Virus record (IMG/VR): IMGVR_UViG_3300022074_000043
Span: 1 to 58,031 of that record
DNA from: a virus
Taxonomy: Duplodnaviria; Caudoviricetes
DNA: 58,031 bases
Reading direction: 5' to 3' (one strand)
Numbering within the stretch: position 1 is the stretch's first letter; each line of letters begins with the position of its first letter. The position numbers and the translations under genes are program-made. Below are positions 44,860 to 54,707 of the stretch, in pieces. The notes below the pieces were generated by a model. The model did no database searches. It was not told the origin of the DNA and saw only the letters and a program-made list of their open reading frames with translations.

Positions 44860-46116
44860 CTAGGATGTTGCGTCTTCGTTACCTGTTAGCGGAATAGTGT
44901 CTGAACTTCCGGCATTACCTGATGATTGTCCTGTTGCAAGATCATTAAGAAGTGCGTTTATCTGATCAGCCGTTATTTCACCTGATAGTATTTTTGAAAC
45001 TAAATCTGTGTCTCTGGCTAACAGACGTGCCACAGCTTCAGGGATGTTTCTTGCCATTAGGGCCTGTGCAGCCTGCACTTCAGCACCCGGTGTTTTAGCA
45101 GAAGACATATTATACAAAGCCAAAGAATCTTCAAAGCTTTTTCCTGTCCTTGCCATGATTGCTTCAACTTCGCGGATCATCTTTGGATCTTGATCCAGTT
45201 CAGCTTGCTGTAGGGCGGCGGTGATAGAAAGTTTATCCAACGCCAGTTCACGAGCGGCAGCGTTAGCAGCGGCAGCGTCTTCTTGTGACAACACACGTTC
45301 AGCAGCAGCCATGTTGATCTTCTGCTCCTGCTCACGCTCATCCTGTTTTCCGCTAGCAAAAGTACCAAGGACCGAGGACAAAGCTGAAACGGCGTCCTGA
45401 CTCATGCTACCCGTTCCGCTACCTGCGGCGAACTTCAGGCCACCAAGCATCATCAAGAAGTCACGGTCTGTTCTTACGTCCTTGGCCTGTGTTACACCTG
45501 CTTCAACTAAAAAGTCTTTAGCTTCTTGGAATTTTTGTTTGCGTGTCTTTTTATCAGCATCTTCGGTTCCACTCATACCAGCAATTCTATCTAGGAGTTC
45601 ATCCATGGCGCTCTTTGCAGGTTTTTTGCCTTTTTTATCGTCTGGAGACTTGTCTGTTACACCACCAGTTTTTGGCTTGGGCTGGATAAATGAATCAGGA
45701 ACATCGTCTAATATACCGGGGGCACTACCGCCAATTCTTCTTGACTCTTCCGCTTCGTCATCGCTTCTTTGGTTTGTTGGTGGTGTCATACCCGGATCTG
45801 TTTGCGGTCCTACACCTTCAAACTCACCTTGATTTGTTGTGGTTCCACGGTTACGGGCAGCTAACTCAGTGGGGCTAAGAACAGGAACAGGCCCACTAAG
45901 ATCGATCACTGGATTTTGCGTGGCTACCTGTCTACGATTAACCAAACCCTGATCAATAAAAGGATTTCCTGTTGTGGATGTGGCTTTTATTAGCTCTGGG
46001 CCAGATGCATTAATACCAACAGGACCACGAGCCATTGCAGCCCGTTGCTGTGGCGTAGTAAACATTCTGCGGTTTAGTACAGGATTTCTGAGTCTACCTA
46101 GTTCGTCACGAATCAC
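44860..46116 (-). CDS. Putative internal virion protein
   Basis: Low-complexity N-half, helical C-half; ejection gene cluster. Confidence 0.55.
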   Translation of the reverse strand: MIRDELGRLRNPVLNRRMFTTPQQRAAMARGPVGINASGPELIKATSTTGNPFIDQGLVNRRQVATQNPVIDLSGPVPVLSPTELAARNRGTTTNQGEFEGVGPQTDPGMTPPTNQRSDDEAEESRRIGGSAPGILDDVPDSFIQPKPKTGGVTDKSPDDKKGKKPAKSAMDELLDRIAGMSGTEDADKKTRKQKFQEAKDFLVEAGVTQAKDVRTDRDFLMMLGGLKFAAGSGTGSMSQDAVSALSSVLGTFASGKQDEREQEQKINMAAAERVLSQEDAAAANAAARELALDKLSITAALQQAELDQDPKMIREVEAIMARTGKSFEDSLALYNMSSAKTPGAEVQAAQALMARNIPEAVARLLARDTDLVSKILSGEITADQINALLNDLATGQSSGNAGSSDTIPLTGNEDATS

Positions 46117-46126
46117 TGACTATCTC

Positions 46127-46915
46127 CTAACCAAAGTAGTTGTAGGCACCAAGGCCAGCTATACCAAGACCTGCAAGCTGCTGCATTGTGCTTGGATCTG
46201 GTGTGGACTGTGTGCTGGTTGTCTGCTGCAATGCAGGTACACCACGGAAGATGTCTGACAAGAAGCCAATCTCTTGGTACGGAAGCGCTTGCTGTGCCAA
46301 TAGGTTTTGACGTGCGGCATCCAGTTCAGTTTGAGTCTGACCCTGCATCAAGCTACCGATTCCAAGAAGCGTATTAATGTCCTGCACACCCATCTGCTGT
46401 GCGGCTGTACCCAACTGACCAAATCTTGCAGAGGCTTGCTGTGCAGCTTGCTGCGCTTGTTGAAACCCTGAAGCCCGAAGCTGACCAGCGGTTCTAGCCT
46501 GCTGCTCTAACGTACCACGAGCCAACTCACCAGATGCTACGGCTGAACGAGAACCACCAAAGGCTCCTGCACCAAGAGCCTGACCAGCTAGCTGACCTTG
46601 CTGCATAGCACCACCACGAGCTATGTCTTGCAAAGACTGATCTACAACAGTGCTTTCATATGGATTCATAAATGCGGCTGCGCCACCCGGCCCAGCAAAT
46701 TGAGTTGCTGCATCTAGATATGGCTGATAGGCACCAACACCAGCGCCAGCTAATTGTGCCGCTTGCTGCTGCTGTTCAGACAGGCCAGCAACTTGCATTG
46801 GCGCATAAGGCATTCCTGTGCCTTTTAGCGCCTTTGCCTGTGCAAATATGTCAGCTAGATACTGTTCCTGAAACGGGGCAAGTCTTTGGGTTACTTCTTG
46901 TGTTTGTGTTGCCAT
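46127..46915 (-). CDS. DNA pilot/transfer-like internal protein
   Basis: Q/A/G-rich, FMNPY...V, GAFGGSR, C-terminal hydrophobic Gly helix. Confidence 0.65.
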   Translation of the reverse strand: MATQTQEVTQRLAPFQEQYLADIFAQAKALKGTGMPYAPMQVAGLSEQQQQAAQLAGAGVGAYQPYLDAATQFAGPGGAAAFMNPYESTVVDQSLQDIARGGAMQQGQLAGQALGAGAFGGSRSAVASGELARGTLEQQARTAGQLRASGFQQAQQAAQQASARFGQLGTAAQQMGVQDINTLLGIGSLMQGQTQTELDAARQNLLAQQALPYQEIGFLSDIFRGVPALQQTTSTQSTPDPSTMQQLAGLGIAGLGAYNYFG

Positions 46916-47805
46916 TACGTTGTGGCCTCCAATTCTGCCATCATATCATAGAGACGCGCCGCCCCAATGTCTCTATCCCCGCCGCCTGCACCACGCACGG
47001 CTTTGGCGGTTAGTACAAATTCTCCATCCGATAATCTAGCAGGCACTGAGTCAGAGGTGCCTGTTCCGGGTCCAGCGACCTCACCTCTTACGGGTACATC
47101 ATAACCCATAGCGCCGCCTTCTGCAAACCGTACAGCGTCTACGTCATACTGGAAGTCTGGTCGTTGCGCTGCGCTTTTAGCTTGCGTGTATGCTGCTTTT
47201 TGCGCGGGATTATCTAAGTCGTATTTCTCACCTTGGAACATTATGTCCCAAGCTTCACCCTGTGGGTCTGGACGAGGAGTCCCACCTTGCTCTTCTGGCC
47301 CACCAAGTAAGCCGAGTGCACCAGCAGCGCCAAGACCCAAGCTACCAGCCATCAAATAATCGCCTGTGTCCATACCACTAAAGAACTCGCCTATGCCGCC
47401 TGAACTAGCGGCGTCACTAGCTCCTGCAAGTTTGTCGGCAGCTTCGGGGAAATATTGTTCACCCTCCGACCCGTAAAAACCAGCATCAGCGGGGGTAGCA
47501 CCCGGCACACCGTACAGGGACTGTTGCATACCCGTTGCACCAAAAGGACCGCTGGTTATGTTTTGTGCTGACGAACTCATTAGATTTGGTGACACAAAGT
47601 TAGTTACGCCGTAAGCTAGCGCAGCATTTGTCAAAGCATCGTTGACTGATTTGCCGCCAGCTAGACTACCGATCCCAGAACCAAGGGCCGCGCCTGCCGG
47701 ACCACCGAAGTAAAACCCAGCAGCGGTGCCTGCTAAAGATAGCAAGTCACCTGTGTCAGTGTCACCCAACCCCAATGCTTTTCCAAGATCACCAAATAAT
47801 GCCAT
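46915..47805 (-). CDS. Internal virion protein
   Basis: Gly-zipper N-terminus; FAEGG...GPGTGTSDSVPARLSDGEFVLTAKAV. Confidence 0.65.
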   Translation of the reverse strand: MALFGDLGKALGLGDTDTGDLLSLAGTAAGFYFGGPAGAALGSGIGSLAGGKSVNDALTNAALAYGVTNFVSPNLMSSSAQNITSGPFGATGMQQSLYGVPGATPADAGFYGSEGEQYFPEAADKLAGASDAASSGGIGEFFSGMDTGDYLMAGSLGLGAAGALGLLGGPEEQGGTPRPDPQGEAWDIMFQGEKYDLDNPAQKAAYTQAKSAAQRPDFQYDVDAVRFAEGGAMGYDVPVRGEVAGPGTGTSDSVPARLSDGEFVLTAKAVRGAGGGDRDIGAARLYDMMAELEATT

Positions 47806-48032
47806 TACGCTACCTTTACCGTACCACTGTCATTATACAGTGCTCCTGTCTCAAGTCCAGTGGCGCTTGTAGGCAGGTCAGTTAGTGTTATTTTAGTACC
47901 ACGCAACTGACCGGGGTTGCGTTCCTGTTCAATAAATATTTCCAGTGCCCTAACAAGATCCTGCATATACGAAGCAGTGTAATCTTGCGGCGGTTCTGGT
48001 AGTCTTGGTGGTGCAATTTCGTTGCTAGCCAT
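47805..48032 (-). CDS. Small tail-associated protein
   Basis: P.LP.PP..Y......LVRALE; LPTSATGL..G.LYN.SGTVKV. Confidence 0.6.
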   Translation of the reverse strand: MASNEIAPPRLPEPPQDYTASYMQDLVRALEIFIEQERNPGQLRGTKITLTDLPTSATGLETGALYNDSGTVKVA

Positions 48033-51000
48033 TAGCGTCTGCCATCCGGTCTTATGTCTACTCGTGGGCTACCCAGCTTCCACTTAGATCCAAGGGCCGT
48101 GCTTTCAACTCTAAAGGCAAAGGACCTGCCACGGATTCTAGCGTGTACTTGGTTTGTGTATTCTTCTACAGGTGTAACCTGCGTCCTAGTTGCGGTGCCA
48201 GACCCTGTGTTGTTAAAGTCTTCTCCCGGGAAGTTACGCGCCTTTATAGTAAATGTGGCCTGCGGTGTACTCAGAGCCGTAGATCCGGCAAATGTCAGAT
48301 CCGGCACGATCCTACGGATATACAAGAAATGATCCCCGTCCTGTATGTCCATAGCTGCTGACTCAATATATGAAGTCATTGCAGAGCCGTCGTCATCGTG
48401 ACCAAACTCGTGATTGTATAGATACCCACCTTCTGTAGCTAAAGGGAAGTTCCGAGTTCCACGGTCCAACCACGCATTTCTTGAGAGCGTACCGTAATAC
48501 CATATCTTATCTAGATAATTGTATACCACATAACGATCATTGTCTGTAGCACCTGAAGATGAATAAAACCAAACCGCCTCACCAAACTCAGAGTTTACAC
48601 CAGCATATACTTTGTCTAGCTGCTCAATATTTATGTCCTGAAACACATGATCCTTGACAGTGCAGGGTAGCTGAGTTGTCTGACCAGCGTAGACATAGAA
48701 GTTATCGATGCCCATCCAGAACACAAAATCTTCGGTTGCTGCAACCGCATTGGGACCAGCGATAGTGATGTTGTTGGCTAGCTGTTGTAGACCAAAGGTG
48801 AACGGCGGACCGATAAATCTGAGTGAGTTAAGAGCCGTGTCTGTCCACACCAAGATCTCACGTTTTGTTTCGATGGCTTTTACAAAGGTAGACCCAGAGC
48901 CAAGACGTAAATCTCCAGCGGTGTTAGTCGCGGCTGGATACCAAGTGGTGGGATTTTCCTGACTTGAAAAGCGAATCAATAAAGGATCTTGTACTCCGTC
49001 ACCTTGAACTGCGGTTGGATCGCTATTGATAGCATCACAACCAAAAGCAAGGACGTGACGGTCACGGTCAGATACCATGACCTGCTTGCATTTTGTAGGA
49101 ACAGATGTCTTTGTGCCAGTTATCGTAGATAACTCTTTTGCTCGTGCACCTGTGCCAAGACTTCTCTCCCAGTAAAAGATATTAGAGTCTCTTGGATTGA
49201 TGAGCAGATCTTCGCCAAAATTATCATGTGACCACAGTCTAATCTGCGTAGTTGTAGTCAAACCACCAGATGCTGCCTGTCCCCACCCGAAGTAGTCATT
49301 ATTTGCGTCGGCGTTACCTTTTATGAGGGTGACCAGTGTCCCATCAGCATGAGTTCTTGCTACAACAAAAGAACCAGTCCCCGCTAAATTTGTAGATGCA
49401 CCTGATCCGGCGTGACCTCGCACAACGGTAAGATCGTTAGTAGCCACGTTTGTCACAAAAACAAATTCAAGTTGTGGAGCAGCAGCGGTTGGATCACCAA
49501 GAAGCAGTATATCGTTTGCTACTATCCCCGTGGCACTGGCGACTGTTAGTGTTGTGTCTGTTGAACTAAAGGTGCCACCTTCGTTGATTGTGGTTTGAAG
49601 TGGACTTGATGTTAATCCACCATACAATCCCGCACCCCAACCAGTACCACCAACCGTCGTGTCTAATCCTACATTTATTTGATAATTTGCTATCGTAGGA
49701 AAACTACGACCAGTGACGGTAAGTGTTAAATTGTTTGCACTGGTCGAGCCACCAATATTTGCTCCAGCTAAAGTTATAGTGTCATTGACAGCGTATCCTG
49801 TGCCAATTGCGGTTATTGCATCTACCGCATAAACACCCGAACCGTTAACTGATACTGTAAATGCTGCACCAGAGCCGCTGCCACTGGTGCTTGCTTGTGT
49901 GACACCGCTAAATGAAACAGTGGTTAGATCAGTTATAGTAAGAACCAAATCGTTAGCTGGAGTTCCACCACCAATTGAGGCGGTGTTACCGCTAGAATTT
50001 GTGCCAGTGCTGTTGTTGCCAGCTATGGTTATTGTATCATTGATTGCATATCCCGATCCGATAGCAGTGATTGCGTCTACCGTATAACCGCCCTGACCAT
50101 CAGTTGTTATAGTAAATTTAGCCCCTGACCCACTACCGCTTGTGCTTGTTTGAACGACATCTGTGAAAGTGCCTGTACCTATAGATGTTCCTGAAAGCTG
50201 TGTGACAGTCAAAACTATATCATTGGCTGGAGTCGTACCACCCACGCTGGTTCCAGCAATAGTGATTGTATCGTCTACAGCATAGCTTGAACCTACGGCT
50301 GATACGCTTATACTGTAACCACCCTCTCCGTTCGTTGTTACACTAAACTGTGCGCTTGAACCACTGCCACTGGTACTTGTTTGAGCTACGCTATTGTGCG
50401 TTGTGCTGCCGACAGAAGAGCCAGCAAGGTGCGTTATAGTGAGCGTTAGGTCATGCGTTCCTTTTGTACCGCCAAGGTTTTGACCTTCTATCACTATTTC
50501 TTCACCGACAACGTAACCAGATCCAATGGCAGTCACAGTCACGGTATAGTTCCCAGAGCCAGCGACTACGGTAAATGTTGCGCCTGCCCCAGATCCGCTC
50601 GTGGTTGTTTGAACAACACCTGTGGTTGTTGCACTACCTGTAGAGGCACCAGAAATAGTGACATTACCAACACCATTACTACTTGGAGATGAAAACGTAA
50701 GAGCGCCAACACCTGTGCCAGCCGCACCAACGGTAACTGTTTTTATACTTGTTCCACTAACACCTGTACCGGAAAGACTGACCGCTCCAACACCACCGCC
50801 ACCCACTCCGCTATCACCAGAGGTGGCAGTTTTAGATGTGCCAGCAGAGGTAACAGTTGTAACCCCACCGTTTGTTGCAGTGGCAACTGTTATTGTTAGG
50901 TTGTTAGCTGAAGTGGCTCCGCCAAGACTCGCTCCATTTATAGTTATCGTGTCATTAGGTGCATATCCAGTTCCAGCCGATGTAATTGAAGAAACTGTAT

Positions 51001-51592
51001 AACCACCGTTTCCGTCCGTGGTTACGGTAAACTCAGCACCGCTGCCTGTTCCACTAGTGGCATTTTGAGTAACTTGAGTAAATGTTTTAACGAAATCATT
51101 AATAAATATTTCATAACTTGCAGCGTTTACAACTCTAGTCACTTGATGTTCTGCGTTCAATAATGCAGCCGTTATATTCCCGCCTAAACCTTCGGCATTG
51201 GTAAAAGTAACAAAGTCGTTTTCGTTGGCACCATGATTATTCTGATTTACAGTTACTGTTCCGCTGCCGTTGGTGGCAGAGAACGTCACGTCACCTTGCG
51301 TTGTTGTGCTGCGTATTGGAGTGACATCGTTGAACGACTCACCTTCTTCAACATAATATTTAAGATGTGTACCCACACCCAGAAAATCTGAACCATCAAG
51401 AGCAATCCAGTTATGCAGTGCCCTCGCTGACCCCAAATAGGTGCTAGATGCGTACTTAACCCAGCCACCAATTTTTTCAGGATACCCCAAACGAAAACGC
51501 ACCTTATCACCGTCACGCCATCCACCCTCATTTGAGTATGAGGTAAGGTCGTTATTGATGCCCGGTCTGAATTGTAGTTTGGATAATGGCAC
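48032..51592 (-). CDS. Tail nozzle/stabilisation (tail tubular B-like) protein with inserted repeats
   Basis: L.F.PGI......Y..EG.W...DKVRFR.G.PEKIGGW; WS.DNFGEDL; DPL.IRFS.QE; R.RGR; ends DI.PDGRR. Confidence 0.7.
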   Translation of the reverse strand: MPLSKLQFRPGINNDLTSYSNEGGWRDGDKVRFRLGYPEKIGGWVKYASSTYLGSARALHNWIALDGSDFLGVGTHLKYYVEEGESFNDVTPIRSTTTQGDVTFSATNGSGTVTVNQNNHGANENDFVTFTNAEGLGGNITAALLNAEHQVTRVVNAASYEIFINDFVKTFTQVTQNATSGTGSGAEFTVTTDGNGGYTVSSITSAGTGYAPNDTITINGASLGGATSANNLTITVATATNGGVTTVTSAGTSKTATSGDSGVGGGGVGAVSLSGTGVSGTSIKTVTVGAAGTGVGALTFSSPSSNGVGNVTISGASTGSATTTGVVQTTTSGSGAGATFTVVAGSGNYTVTVTAIGSGYVVGEEIVIEGQNLGGTKGTHDLTLTITHLAGSSVGSTTHNSVAQTSTSGSGSSAQFSVTTNGEGGYSISVSAVGSSYAVDDTITIAGTSVGGTTPANDIVLTVTQLSGTSIGTGTFTDVVQTSTSGSGSGAKFTITTDGQGGYTVDAITAIGSGYAINDTITIAGNNSTGTNSSGNTASIGGGTPANDLVLTITDLTTVSFSGVTQASTSGSGSGAAFTVSVNGSGVYAVDAITAIGTGYAVNDTITLAGANIGGSTSANNLTLTVTGRSFPTIANYQINVGLDTTVGGTGWGAGLYGGLTSSPLQTTINEGGTFSSTDTTLTVASATGIVANDILLLGDPTAAAPQLEFVFVTNVATNDLTVVRGHAGSGASTNLAGTGSFVVARTHADGTLVTLIKGNADANNDYFGWGQAASGGLTTTTQIRLWSHDNFGEDLLINPRDSNIFYWERSLGTGARAKELSTITGTKTSVPTKCKQVMVSDRDRHVLAFGCDAINSDPTAVQGDGVQDPLLIRFSSQENPTTWYPAATNTAGDLRLGSGSTFVKAIETKREILVWTDTALNSLRFIGPPFTFGLQQLANNITIAGPNAVAATEDFVFWMGIDNFYVYAGQTTQLPCTVKDHVFQDINIEQLDKVYAGVNSEFGEAVWFYSSSGATDNDRYVVYNYLDKIWYYGTLSRNAWLDRGTRNFPLATEGGYLYNHEFGHDDDGSAMTSYIESAAMDIQDGDHFLYIRRIVPDLTFAGSTALSTPQATFTIKARNFPGEDFNNTGSGTATRTQVTPVEEYTNQVHARIRGRSFAFRVESTALGSKWKLGSPRVDIRPDGRR
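49705..51095 (-). repeat. Five ~70-85-aa protein repeats inside tail nozzle gene
   Basis: Unit Q.STSGSGSGA.F.V...G.G.Y.V...A.G.GYA..DTITI.G...GG.T.ANDL.LTVT; boundaries approximate. Confidence 0.8.
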
Positions 51593-51603
51593 GACGATTT
51601 CCT

Positions 51604-52620
51604 TTAGGCTTGAGGTCCTGTGATTGTACCACTGTTTGTTAGTGTAACAAAGCTACTGCCTCTAATTGATTTGCCAGCAGCGCCGCCAGCAGAACCATTT
51701 GAAACACTGCCGTTAGAGCCAGAAGAACCAGCATTTCCAAAAGCCCCGCCCGAACCACCAGTACCAGCATTAGTGCCGCCAGCACTCCCGCCGCCAGCAC
51801 TTTGATTATACCCAGACCCCGAACCACCAGCACCACCACTTGTGGAGCCGGTGCTTTGACCTTTGCGGTAGCACTGAATTCTACAAGTCTCCCCTCCTTG
51901 TGTTTGATAAGTTGCATACTGAAAAACGCCCGAAGAATACCCATCATATCCAGTGTATGGATTAGGACAATAATTGCCTACGTTAGTGTATGAAGTACCG
52001 CTATTGCCTGAAAAACCAAGACTGGGACACTCGCTACCGCTTGTGACAAAAACATAATATGTGGTGGTGCCAGATGTAGTGGTTTGAGATCCGCTTCCAC
52101 CTGTCCCGCCACCGCCACCGCCCGAGCGGATGGTCCCGTTATTTACTAAGGTGCATGCAACATCAGCTTCAAAAGCGTCACCCCCAGCCGCGCCAGCCGC
52201 GCCCCCAGCACCTGTTATAGTACCGTTATTGGTTATGCTGATAGAGCCAGATAGACCCGTGTTTATCTGTAGAGCCTCGTTTGATGTGCTTGTCGCCCCC
52301 AGTTCAACACCGGAGTTGATAATAATTTGTTTTGGATAATCTACGGCGTAATCAGAACCAAACACAGTTGACGCATTTTGATTGGTTGCACCTGATGAAT
52401 ATGTTTTACGAAAAGCCCTAGCTGTGTTCTTGAAATCATCTAAAGATATAACGCCACTAGTAGGTACGCTAGCAGCGGCATTTGTTAAACCCCCCACAGT
52501 GGGGTCTAAAATGTTGCTGCCGCTTCTGTATAACTGCGAAAAACTAACAGAGTTGTTATTGCCCCCTATATACTCTGTTCGCAAATCACTAAACGATATG
52601 TTAGTGGATCCTATAGGCAT
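51604..52620 (-). CDS. Glycine-rich receptor-binding adhesin (T-even gp38-like)
   Basis: NNGTITGAGG..G...GGDA, NNGTIRSGGGGGG, polyglycine tracts flanking a Cys/Tyr-rich insert. Confidence 0.6.
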   Translation of the reverse strand: MPIGSTNISFSDLRTEYIGGNNNSVSFSQLYRSGSNILDPTVGGLTNAAASVPTSGVISLDDFKNTARAFRKTYSSGATNQNASTVFGSDYAVDYPKQIIINSGVELGATSTSNEALQINTGLSGSISITNNGTITGAGGAAGAAGGDAFEADVACTLVNNGTIRSGGGGGGTGGSGSQTTTSGTTTYYVFVTSGSECPSLGFSGNSGTSYTNVGNYCPNPYTGYDGYSSGVFQYATYQTQGGETCRIQCYRKGQSTGSTSGGAGGSGSGYNQSAGGGSAGGTNAGTGGSGGAFGNAGSSGSNGSVSNGSAGGAAGKSIRGSSFVTLTNSGTITGPQA

Positions 52621-53288
52621 TATGGAGACCCAAATCCTGTTATGTCTTGAGCAGATGTTAGAGAGCCGTTACTCGCTATCTTCAAAACAGTGGTGCCGTT
52701 GTATTTAAAGAGTAAGTCATTGTCCCCAGAATCTAAAACTACCTCCCACTTGCTAGTTCCGAACTTCAAGCTCTGACCACCCATAAGGATGTCGTTTGAG
52801 TTTGCGTCAAGATCTCCACCAAGCTGCGGAGTAGTGTCATCGACTAAATCATTTTTGTTATTGAATAATTCAGTGACAACTCCGCTAGATCCGCCACCAT
52901 CTGCCGTCACTTCTTTTACAACACCAGCGGCTATGCTTACAGAGTTACTTGAAGATGGAGTTACACCTTTGTAAACGACGGTGCATGTTTGATTCGTACC
53001 GTTTTTTATAATGAAGTTTTTCTTCTGATCGGTTGGAGTTATCTCTAGTTCAAAAGAGGCACCCGGAGTGCCTGTCAAAAGAATTACTTTATTCATTCCG
53101 TTGGTGACAGTTCCATCTATTGTCTCAAGATCAAACGCTGTGCCAGAGTTACAAGTTATGGTTGTTTGACCATGTAGACCTGCATCTATAATATCAAAGT
53201 TGTTATTTGTTGTTGCACCCCAAGAACCCGCCTGCTCACCAGAGCCGGGTTTTTCTATACCGGAGTTAGCTGTGTATGAAGATGCCAT
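52620..53288 (-). CDS. Tail fibre/baseplate-proximal protein
   Basis: MASSYT...IE....GEQAG.WG.TTN.N...ID; DTTPQLGGDLD.N motif. Confidence 0.65.
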   Translation of the reverse strand: MASSYTANSGIEKPGSGEQAGSWGATTNNNFDIIDAGLHGQTTITCNSGTAFDLETIDGTVTNGMNKVILLTGTPGASFELEITPTDQKKNFIIKNGTNQTCTVVYKGVTPSSSNSVSIAAGVVKEVTADGGGSSGVVTELFNNKNDLVDDTTPQLGGDLDANSNDILMGGQSLKFGTSKWEVVLDSGDNDLLFKYNGTTVLKIASNGSLTSAQDITGFGSP

Positions 53289-54002
53289 CTAAACCACCAT
53301 ATCTGTCCAAGTTTCTATTGTATCACTAGCGTTTACTTCTGTCCATGTACCGCCAGTGTGCGTAATAGCTGACCACGGATCCGGCGCAACTCTCTCAATG
53401 CCCGTCCACAATATAGCACCATTTGTCGTCTTAACAAACACCGCTTCAATAGTAGCAGTTCCCTCTTCTATAAAAGTGCCAGCAGCAGTCTTAACAAACA
53501 CCGCTTCAAGGTCACTAGATATTGACATCAACCTAGCGCCTACTAAAGTCTGTGTGAAATCAGCAGACTGTTCAGATGTAGCTAATCGTAATCTAGTACC
53601 TACTAAAGTCTGTGTGAAATCAGCAGACTGTTCAGAAACTCCATGCTTTATAAGCCTCGCTATCGTAGTTTGAATAGCAGATGCTGTTAGCTCTGATACA
53701 GCAATTCCTACAAATGTTCCTGTTGTAGTTTGATCAAACTGGGTTGTGATAACCGCAGCACCAGTGCCGATAACTTCCCCAGAAACCGACTGTGTGAAGT
53801 TGGCGCTTGCTTCTAGTATACCAAGCAAAACCTCAACAGCTATGGAAGTTTTACTTGATGTGCCAATCATGTAAGAAGTGCCGACAAACACGGGGCTTGC
53901 AGTGCTAGTCTGATCAAACTGAGATGTAGCTGTAGCCGTTGCTGCTCTTAGTATGGCAGCTTCCGATAAAGATCGTGCAGCTATGGCGTCAAAAGCAAAC
54001 AT
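53289..54002 (-). CDS. Tail protein with 20-aa repeats
   Basis: SEQSADFTQTLVG x2 and EAVFVKT x2; 60-bp DNA periodicity (53539/53599, 53428/53488). Confidence 0.65.
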   Translation of the reverse strand: MFAFDAIAARSLSEAAILRAATATATSQFDQTSTASPVFVGTSYMIGTSSKTSIAVEVLLGILEASANFTQSVSGEVIGTGAAVITTQFDQTTTGTFVGIAVSELTASAIQTTIARLIKHGVSEQSADFTQTLVGTRLRLATSEQSADFTQTLVGARLMSISSDLEAVFVKTAAGTFIEEGTATIEAVFVKTTNGAILWTGIERVAPDPWSAITHTGGTWTEVNASDTIETWTDMVV

Positions 54003-54003
54003 T

Positions 54004-54366
54004 TTATTCTTCCGGGTACTTTTTCTTTATCTCAGCAACATGCGCTTGCCATGCTTCAAGGCCATTTTCTGTTATATACTCTAGCTGACTCATGGGATCT
54101 CCGTAAGCAACCACCCTTTTCCGTAGCCAAGTTGGTACAACTTCAGGCTCATCTTCTACTGGGGCAGGCTTGACGCTAGCTGTGCTAGTCAACCCTTTAG
54201 ACACAAAGCTAGGGGCAACCCCAATCTTAGGAGCAAACTGATGTGCGGCATCATCAAGATCTTCCTGTGTCATATCAGAAGATAAAATAATCTCTGCCCA
54301 GCTACCATCAGAGTATCTAAGTGTAGCTATTCCATTTTCTAGTTTTTCTACTGTGTACTGTGTCAT
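54004..54366 (-). CDS. Tail-fibre assembly-like protein
   Basis: Start revised to MTQYTVEK; C-term R..AY.....QL..I...G..AW......IK.KYP. Confidence 0.55.
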   Translation of the reverse strand: MTQYTVEKLENGIATLRYSDGSWAEIILSSDMTQEDLDDAAHQFAPKIGVAPSFVSKGLTSTASVKPAPVEDEPEVVPTWLRKRVVAYGDPMSQLEYITENGLEAWQAHVAEIKKKYPEE

Positions 54367-54518
54367 TTCCATTTTTCCAATGGGCACCTTGCATTTTGCA
54401 AATGCACTTTAACCTTCATTATACACATGCACTTCTTGCATTGCGAAATAGACTTTCTATACCACTCACATTCTTTGCATATAGCTAATCGTTCATCAGG
54501 AATCACGATAAACTTCAA
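54363..54518 (-). CDS. DUF6171-like Cys-rich microprotein (51 aa, not in ORF track)
   Basis: ERLAICKECEWY.....QCKKCMCIM.VK......RCPLEKW; start uncertain (TTG 54518 or GTG 54506). Confidence 0.65.
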   Translation of the reverse strand: MKFIVIPDERLAICKECEWYRKSISQCKKCMCIMKVKVHLQNARCPLEKWK

Positions 54519-54531
54519 TCTGCGCCTAGCA

Positions 54532-54705
54532 TCAGTCAGCATCCGCTATGGTCAGTTCGCCAGCTTCTACTTGGCGCATGATTTCTGCGTAGTGGCGGTT
54601 TGCTGGGTCAAGGGGGACTGACATCTCAGTGCCATCAATAGTGGCTTTGATACCAGCTTGATTGTCATCCATGTCATTATAATATTGTGCGCTAGTAATA
54701 TTCAT
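54532..54705 (-). CDS. Small tail-fibre chaperone-like protein (57 aa, not in ORF track)
   Basis: MNITSAQY...IKATIDG.EMSVPLDPANRHYAEIMRQVEAGELTIADAD. Confidence 0.7.
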   Translation of the reverse strand: MNITSAQYYNDMDDNQAGIKATIDGTEMSVPLDPANRHYAEIMRQVEAGELTIADAD

Positions 54706-54707
54706 GT

